Source: Azolla caroliniana (Eukaryota; Plantae; Polypodiophyta). From it: a stretch of DNA of 10,538 nucleotides. A program made the position numbers and the translations under genes. Below the pieces are notes generated by a model, which saw only the letters and a list, made by a program, of their open reading frames with translations, had not been told where the DNA came from and did not search any database. The stretch spans positions 1 through 10,538 of the forward strand of contig JBHGNT010001266.1 of NCBI GenBank assembly GCA_043228905.1, in the 5' to 3' direction. Shown here one piece after another: positions 1 to 7,261 of this stretch; the stretch's first letter is position 1; each line of letters begins with the position of its first letter.

Positions 1-250
1 ATCGATAACGGAATTGAGCATAAAGACATGCGTTAGAAAGCTCTCGATTAGCAAGTTAATTTGGTGGTCTATGCGAGAAGCAACGATTAAAATAAGGAAT
101 CTTGTGTTGTTGGCATCCATATACTCAACACAAATTGCGGGTCTTCTATTGTATTCATCATCGTCAACCTCTTCAATCGGGTGAGTTCCGGTTGTCTTTC
201 TTGTTCATGGAAAATTGTTTTTATCCCAGATCACTATCACATCAAGAATA

Positions 251-614
251 ATGGATATAAACATGAATTCCTCTCAAATTGTGGGGGACATCAATATGGA
301 AACAATTGATCCAAAAAAGAATAATGTGATGGTTGAATGTAATCATGAAAGGGAAGACATTGGAAGCTCTAAGAGGTTTAAGGGCATAGAGGAAATTAAT
401 GAGAAAAAAGCAACATATGCCGAAGTAATACATGTAAATGAGGTTGACAAGGATAATTGTAATTGGGATAATTTATGGGGCCAATACCTTGTTGTCTGAT
501 CTTGTGGAAGAAAACGAAAATGCAGTGAAAGAATGCAATGATGAGGATGTGCATGATGTGGAAGTTGATGCTAAGATATTGTTGCAATCTTTTGATGTAT
601 TCCATGATTGTGCG
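251..614 (+). pseudogene. LINE ORF1, N-terminal fragment left of the copia insertion
   Basis: Charged low-complexity frame (215-499 ORF, ATG at 251, KATYAEV) with a probable 1-bp shift near 477-480 into the 438-626 frame. That frame joins in frame across the TSD (FHDCA|VILFFTGKLP) to the 6340 ORF. Confidence 0.65.
610..614. repeat. Target-site duplication GTGCG (left copy)
   Basis: GTGCG abuts the LTR at 615 and is repeated at 6281-6285; 5 bp is typical for copia integrase. Confidence 0.95.
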
Positions 615-996
615 TGTAGAAAGTAGTGTGCGGAAGCAAGTATAAAGACAGAACAGAAGGAAGAACACTCAGGTTTAATGGAGAGCTTGAGCTTACACAG
701 TATACGTGGGAGAGACCGAGAGAGTGAGAGAGAAGACACCAAAAAAGAATGTGTGTATATTTTTCTAAAGAAAAAAACAACAAACATATATGTGTTCAAT
801 GAACACTTTGTACAAGTCCTAGGAGGACTGACCGAAGTACTGACAGTACTTCAATTCTCATTAAGAGCTCTTACACTAATTCCCAAATATATTCCTCATG
901 GAATATCTTTCCTAACGGCCTAACCGATCGGTCCCAACCGATCCGGTCCTCGGCTTCTTCAGCCGATCCGGACGATGTTGAGCTTGTCTCTCAACA
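615..996 (-). repeat. 3' LTR of the copia element (382 bp)
   Basis: On - it reads TGTTGAGAGAC...CTTTCTACA. Matches 5896-6280 with 9 substitutions and one 3-bp (ACA) indel by manual alignment. Directly preceded on - by the PPT. Confidence 0.97.
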
Positions 997-1008
997 CTCC
1001 CCCTCAAG
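997..1008 (-). promoter_or_regulatory. Polypurine tract (plus-strand primer)
   Basis: CTTGAGGGGGAG on -, immediately before the TG of the 3' LTR; typical plant copia PPT. Confidence 0.92.
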
Positions 1009-1445
1009 CTCAACTTGAGGCTCTTTGGGATCTTCACAGCTCCGGTTCCTCTTGGCTTCACGCCTCGCTCGCGCTCCTCGACCTGTTCGACTCCGCGCGC
1101 TTCGACCCTTCCGGTCGGCTTGTCTACTCATGTGGCCCTTATCAGCTCTTCTACTGTTGCGGCGTCGACACTTCTTCTTCTGCCTTTTCTTCCGCTTGGG
1201 CCTCAGTTAATTCAACGTGTCTGAATCAAACATCCGAATCGACTCGGCTACCTCCGATCGGTTTTCGCTCTCGTCCGAGTTGGCTATCTCCAACTTGTCT
1301 TCAGTCTTCTCACCCTCGATGGCGTCATCTCCCCCATGCGTGGTTGGCTTCGGCTCTCTCCTTCGGCTGCTCCCCTTCTGTCCGCTTCCGGACTTTTCCG
1401 CGGGTCCGCCCTCGGCTTCTTCAGCCGATCCGAAGTCGAACTCGT

Positions 1446-1481
1446 CAACCGACTCGGTGTTACGGACAACCGACTCGGTGT
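1446..1481. repeat. Short tandem duplication (15-bp CAACCGACTCGGTGT, period 21) in the copia pol tail
   Basis: Exact copies at 1446-1460 and 1467-1481; encodes TESV twice on - and keeps the frame. Confidence 0.85.
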
Positions 1482-4400
1482 CGTGGTCTCCGCTCCTTTC
1501 CTGCTGCCTTGTTTGGTCGTTCGGGACTGTTCTCCCCCTCAAGTTCGGCACATCAAGGTGACGCAACCCGAGCACACCTGAGAATTGCCGCAACTTGTCC
1601 AGACCAAGAGGTTTTGTGAAGATGTTGGCAGTCTGCCGATCCGTCGGCACGTACTGAAGTTCGACTTCACCGGAAAGGACACGCTCACGGATGAAATGGT
1701 AGTGCACCTCAATGTGCTTGGTCCATGTGTGGAAAACGGGGTTCTTCGCGAGCTGGATGCTGCTGAGGTTGTCGCAGTAGATCGTCGTCGGATCTGACAC
1801 CTCCGCTTGCAGGTCCTTAAGTAGCCACTTCAACCATATGGCTTCGCATGTCGCGACAGCCGCTCCTCGGTACTCAGCTTCGGTGCTCGACAGTGCAACT
1901 GTCGGCTGCTTCTTACTACTCCACGCGATCGCGGCACTCCCGAGGGAGAACGCGTATCCGGACGTGGATCGGCGATCGGCGGCGTTGCCAGCCCAATTAG
2001 CATCGGTGTAGCCGACTAACTGCGCGGCTGCACCGGTCTGATATAGCAGTCCTCGGTCCTTAGTGCCACTTATGTACCGCAGTACGCGTTGCGCACACTG
2101 AAGGTGATCCTGGGTAGGTCGCGCCATGAACTGATTGATCACCCCGACCGGATAATTGAGGTCGGGTCGGGTGATGGTCAAGTATATGAGGCTTCCGACA
2201 ATTTGTTGGAACCTCGTCGGGTCGCATACCTCTCCCGTATCGGGATGAAGCTTGATGGTTCTGTCCAGAGGAGTCGAGACGGACTTACAGTCGGCCATCC
2301 CGAGTTTGAAGAGCATACCCAACACGTAATGACGTTGGCTGATCAATATGCCTTCGGGGGTACGGATCACTTCGATCCCAAGGAAGTAATGAAGGTCCCC
2401 CAGATCCTTCATGTCGAACGATGCCGCAAGCTGGAGCTTCACGCGGTCGATTTCGCCTAGGTCGGCGCCGGTGATGACCAAGTCATCGACATATAGTAGA
2501 ATACTAACTGGTCCGAGTCGACCTTTCCGGATGAACAGGGAAGAGTCCAATTTTGACGTGACAAAGCCCATCCGACGCAGTTGTTGCGTGATCTTCGCGT
2601 TCCAGGCACGTGGGGCTTGCTTCAATCCGTAAAGGGACTTCTTCAGTCGGCATACTGTCGAGGAGTTTGTTCCGGAGGGAAATCCGGGGGGCTGTACCAT
2701 GTACACTTGTTCCTCAAGGTCACCTTGCAGGAACGCATTCTTTACATCCATTTGATGTAGGTGCCACCCCTTGGCCGCGGCTACTGTGAGCAAAATACGG
2801 ACGGTCGTCATTTTCGCGACCGGCGCAAATGTCTCATCGTAGTCGATGCCGTGCTTCTACGCGTAGCCCTTTGCCACTAGCCGAGCCTTGTACCGGTTGA
2901 TCGAGCCATCGGTGTTGTACTTGACTTTGTACACCCACCTACACCCGATCGGTTTTACCCCTCTTGGTGCGTCAACCAGGTCCCAGGTCTCATTCTCCGC
3001 CAATGCGTGCATCTCTTCCTCCATTGCGGCACGCCAATTCGCATCTTTAGTCGCTTCTGCGTAGCTCTCCGGCTCACGCACTTCCGCTACACGGGTCATG
3101 TACGCATAATGATGCGCCATGTACTCGTTGTATCTGAACCGCAAAACAGGATTCTTCTGGCAGGTAGATCGGCGTAATCTCGGATTAGCCGATGTCGAGG
3201 CCTTCTCGATCGACGCGGACTTCACTTTTAAAGACCCGTCACCGGTTCCCTCTGAGTCGGACTCGCGTCGGTCTGACTCGTTCCTATCTGTGCCGGAATC
3301 AGACACCTTCTTCTTCCCTTTCTCTTTGTGTGTAAGCCGTCTCCTCGGCTTCCTGTGTGGGGAATGCACGGCCGAGTCTCCACTACTCGCCGACTCTTTA
3401 TCGGACTGGTCATACCGACTCAACCGTCCAATCGGTCCACTTAACCGGAGTGAAATCGGACTCTCTTCGCGGGTCTTGATTTCGGGCTCATCCGGAGGCA
3501 TCTCGGCCTCGCTGACCTCATCGTCAGAGCTCGGATTGGAGTCGGGGTTCGTAGTCGGGGGCAGGTACCAGGACGCGGACTCGTCAAATACAACGTCGCG
3601 GCTAACACGCACTTGTTTGGTGCGAGGGATATAGCACTTATAACCCTTCTGCTCGTTCGAGTAACCGACCAAGATGCATTTCTCGGCCTTTGCGTCCAGC
3701 TTCCTCCTTTTCTCCTTCGGTATATGCACATATGCAATGCTACCGAACACCCTCAAGTGTCATAAGTTCGGCTTCGTTCCGACGTATAGCTCGTGCGCCG
3801 ACACCTTGTCTCCAATCCGGTTCTGGATGTATACCGCGGTCCTTACCGCCTTGGCCCAGTAGAACTTGGGCAAGCTCTTCTCCTCCAGCATTGCCCGTGC
3901 CGCTTCCACAACTGACCGATTCTTTCTCTCTGCCACGCCGTTCTGCTCCGGCGTGTATCTACAACTGAATTCGCGGCGAATTCCCATTTGTTGTAGATAA
4001 CCGTTGAATTGACTGGAAAAGTACTCTTTCACGCCATCCGACCGCAGACACTTGATCTTTCGTCCCGTTTCCGTTTCCACGAACCCTTTGAGGTCCCAGA
4101 AATAGTCGAAGACTTCGACCTTCCTCTCAATGAGGTAGATCCACGTGTGCCGCGTGTGGTCGTCGATGAATGAGACGAAATACCGGCTCCCGCCAAGACT
4201 AATGTTTTGTGCCGGCCCCCATACATCGGAGTGTATAAGGTCGAGCTTGTTCCGGCTCCGGTTTCGTTCATTTGGGAAAGGAAGTCGGTGTTGCTTCCCG
4301 AGCTGGCAGGCTTCACAAATTTGTGCCTTTCGGCCACTAAATTTGGGCAATCCGAACACTACCTGTTTCGATTGCAGATCTTGAAGCCGTTGGTGGTTGA

Positions 4401-5884
4401 CATGGCCTATCCGCTTGTGCCACAAGTCGATGTCCGACTTGGTTTTTTGTCCCTTCGCGAACATTGCGGTGCCGCCGTCAGTGGAGTCGAGGATGAACAT
4501 CCTCCCGTCTCTGCGCCCTTGCGCAATCACACGGCCTTCTTCCTCAATGAAGCACCCAAGGTGTGTAAACCGAACCTCCATCCCTTGGTCGACGATCTGT
4601 CCAACCGAGACCAAGTTTTTCGTGATTGTCGGGACGTGCAGCACGTTCATGAGTTTCCCTTTCTGCCCGACATGGCTAAGGGGAACTTCTCCGACATTCG
4701 CGATCGGATGCGGAGTGTCGTCTCCTGTTGCGACTACTCCAGGTTGTATCGGTTTTTCAAGGTACGAGAACCACTCCTTATGGCTCGTCATGTGGTTTGA
4801 CGTGCCGGAGTCTACATACCACACCTCGTCCAATCTCGGGGTGCTCTGTTTTATTGAGTTTGCTTCGTGTCTCGTCACGAAGGCAGACCCTTCTCCGGCT
4901 TTCCCGAAGTCTTCGACGTAGTGCGATCGCTGCCGATCTCCCTTGTCGGTATGTCTGGAGCCGTTTCCGGAACCGGTTCTCTCTGAATCGGCGCGCTTCT
5001 TCTAGCACTCACTTTCCCTGTGGCCTTTCTTGCCACAGTACCAACACTCCGCGATGGCCTTCCCTTGCCGGTTCTCATCGCTTCGACTCCCCCTGTTTCC
5101 GGAGGGTCCGGAGTTGCTGTCGGCATCAGTTTGGTGCCTTCTTCCTTGATCTCGTCGGCCACCTCCATTGCGCGCCGACTCGCCTCGTCCTCCACGTCCA
5201 CGAGGCCTATCTCCCTCCGTGTACAGCATTCTGCTGTCGGTGTGCGTGCTTGTAGACGCACCCGCGTGGTTCTCCTCTACCAGGAGCATTGACTGTAAGT
5301 CAAAAAAGGACGGCGTATTCTCCCGGGTACACACAGCCGTTCGGAACGCTCCGAACTTCGACGCCAAACCTCCAAGACAGATCTGGACCATCTCGCTCTC
5401 CTCGATGTTCACCTCTATGGAGGCGAGGGAGTCGCAGATGTCCTTGATCTTCGAGGTATAGTCTGCCACCGACAAGTCGCGTTGTCGTAGGTTGCTCAAC
5501 TCCTGTCAGAGCTGAAGCTTCCTGGCTGTGGTGCTCGCGGCTAAAATCTTCTGCAGATTTTCCCACGCACCCTTCGGTGTCTTTGCATCCCGAACATAGC
5601 TCAATAGCTGTTCGCCCACACACGACGCGAAGCAGTATAATACCCTGCTCGCTGATAGCTCCCATGACGGGAAGTCTCTGTGTGTCGATTCGGGTGCCGC
5701 GTCATTAGCTCCTTCGACATAACTCCAGTAGCCATGCCCGAGCAGGTACTGGTGCATCTTGTAGGACCAAGACGCGTAGTTGGTTCTGTCGAGCTTCTCT
5801 GTTGGAAGCGAGCTCGCCATGCCTCTATCCATCGTTCTTCTTTGTCAAGCTGTGTCGGCTGCAGAGAGGTTCTCAACCCTCGCA

Positions 5885-5895
5885 CTCTGATACCA
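5885..5895 (-). promoter_or_regulatory. Primer-binding site complementary to the 3' end of initiator tRNA-Met
   Basis: TGGTATCAGAG on -, flush with the 5' LTR; the standard plant tRNA-iMet PBS is TGGTATCAGAGC (next base here is T). Confidence 0.93.
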
Positions 5896-6280
5896 TGTAG
5901 AAAGTAGCGTGCGGAAGCAAGTATAAAGACAGAACAAAAGGAAGAACACTCAGGTTTAATGGAGAGCTTGAGCTTACACAGTATACGCGGGAGAGACCGA
6001 GAGAGTGAGAGAGAAGACACCAAAAAAGAATGTGTGTATATTTTTCTAAAGAAAAAAACAACAACAAACATATATGTGTTCAATGAACACTTTGTACAAG
6101 TCCTAAGAGGACTGACCGAAGTACTGACAGTACTTCAATGCTCATTAAGAGCTCTTACACTAATTCCCAAATATATTTCTCACGGAATATCTTTCCTAAC
6201 GGCCTAACCGATCGGTCCCAACCGATCCGGTCCTCGGCTTCTTCAGCCGATTCGGCCGATGTTGAGCTTGTCTCTCAACA
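5896..6280 (-). repeat. 5' LTR of the copia element (385 bp)
   Basis: Direct repeat of 615-996 with TG...CA termini, followed immediately on - by the PBS. Confidence 0.97.
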
Positions 6281-6285
6281 GTGCG
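6281..6285. repeat. Target-site duplication GTGCG (right copy)
   Basis: Identical to 610-614 and abuts the LTR end at 6280. Confidence 0.95.
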
Positions 6286-7228
6286 GTTATATTGTTTTTT
6301 ACTGGGAAACTCCCATACATTAATTGGATTAAATAATGGTTGAACACAATCGTGTCACCAAATTGTGTTGAAAATATATATGCAGGACCACGAGGGTTTT
6401 ATAATGTAGTGTTTCGTTCACCAGAACATCAAAGTGCATTGTTGGCTAAAGTTCCAATGTTTTTTGATAAACGATTGGTGCATGTAATGCAATGGTCCCC
6501 CGTTGTGGACTATCATGCTTTGTTGAAACAAGAATGTCTTGTTGGGGTAACAGTGGATTGTAAGCATGTTTTTTTATGGCAACTTTTACCAGAGTTGATG
6601 AGTCAAATGGGTAAAGTGTTGGTGTCTCCACATGCAAATGCTACAAATAAGTGCAGATTTTGTGTGTTATGGGATACAAGTCGTAAGAGGCCAGGATGGG
6701 TGCGTATGAACACACCTTGAATGAAAAAACTTTGTTTTAAATTGAAGTGGGAGACATTTGTAGGTCGCTGTTTTGGATGTGATGAATGGGTCACTTTATG
6801 GTGGAATGCAATCGTCATTGTCCTTTAACTATAGAGGTTCCTAATGAAGGGAATGGTAAAGGAGTTGGGAGACATGTTGGTGTGTCAGATATGGTGGTTG
6901 TTATGGATGAAGGAACATCATCTAGAGCAGGTTATAAAGAGGTATCACTTCAAGGTTCGAGCCCTAAGAATAAGGAAACTCAATCTATGGATATGGAAAA
7001 ACCAAATTTGGTGGTTATAGATAAGGGGGGAAAACCATTGGATAGAACTAGTAGTGATGTTGTTGTTGAAAAGGATTGGCATTAGGTTAAGAGCAAGTCG
7101 AAGGGCAAATCAATGAATATGCAACGTAATAGTCTGTCCACTACTCGCGAGACTATTTGGAAAAGTAATTCAAGAACTCGGGAGGGTCCTCGAAAAGTTC
7201 CTTGGCAAAGACAATTTAGGGATAAGGG
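6286..7228 (+). pseudogene. LINE ORF1, central and C-terminal fragment (DUF4283/RRM-like region plus CCHC zinc knuckle)
   Basis: VILFFTGKLPYINWIK*WLN...GPRGFYNVVF...LVHVMQWSP...MGKVL resembles plant L1 ORF1. Knuckle C-FG-C-DExG-H-FMVE-C at 6769-6809 is broken by a 1-bp frameshift. Stops at 6334, 6718 and 7083. Confidence 0.78.
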
Positions 7229-7261
7229 ATTACCCCTTCACCTTCAATTTAGGGATAAGGG
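7212..7261. repeat. 17-bp direct repeat CAATTTAGGGATAAGGG with a 16-bp spacer at the LINE ORF1/ORF2 junction
   Basis: Exact copies at 7212-7228 and 7245-7261. Confidence 0.9.

Larger units (their letters stand above)
991..5832 (-). pseudogene. gag-pol: Copia gag-pol polyprotein pseudogene, single frame of about 1,614 codons with five in-frame stops
   Basis: ORF pieces 5506-5832, 5002-5499, 3760-4878, 2857-3756 and 1207-2811 share one frame. Motifs: gag N-terminus (KLDRTNYASW), zinc knuckle CWYCGKKGHRESEC, protease WYVDSG (DSG 4804-4812), integrase HHCC (WHKRIGH...CEAC) and DDE (HSDVWG, RSDG, NGVAER), RT ([34 protein letters not shown] 2482-2493), RNase H (SSTEAEY, IYCDN). Stops at 5506-5508, 5002-5004, 3760-3762, 2857-2859 and 1207-1209. 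The end at 991 assumes the 1207 stop is also a mutation; otherwise the ORF ends at 1207. Confidence 0.93.
615..6280 (-). mobile_element. Full-length Ty1/copia LTR retrotransposon (5,666 bp), coding-defective
   Basis: Two direct LTRs with TG...CA ends, 5-bp TSD GTGCG on both sides, PBS and PPT at the expected positions, and domain order gag-PR-IN-RT-RNaseH (IN before RT = copia) on the - strand. Confidence 0.98.

Noticed and set aside
1-250. Possible LINE 5' UTR or promoter
   Set aside because: Position fits, but no boundary, TSD or motif can be shown from this window.
709-735. GA-rich tract in the LTR as a microsatellite or promoter element
   Set aside because: Imperfect and short. A CT-rich patch on the element strand is ordinary for plant LTRs, and I could not place a convincing TATA box or poly(A) signal.
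473-923. ORFs in the LTR repeated at 5601-6207 (MESLSLHS..., MNTYMFVV...)
   Set aside because: They recur only because the LTR is duplicated, and they cross element boundaries.
975-1619. 214-aa + strand ORF antisense to the pol tail, starting in the 3' LTR
   Set aside because: No recognisable motif; Ser/Arg/Pro/Leu-rich composition is what the antisense of a GC-rich, purine-biased coding strand gives. Not fully excluded without family conservation data.
5002-5004. Programmed stop read-through at TAG between gag and pol
   Set aside because: The TAG falls where W commonly follows the knuckle (CWKK), lacks a CARYYA read-through context, and fits the same G>A decay as the other four stops.
1585-5907. 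Many 60-200 aa overlapping ORFs on + and in alternative - frames within the copia interior
   Set aside because: Shadow ORFs of a GC-rich gag-pol with few stops; no domains recognised.
7212-7261. CRISPR-like repeat-spacer-repeat
   Set aside because: Only two 17-bp units with a 16-bp spacer, in a eukaryotic TE context with no cas genes.
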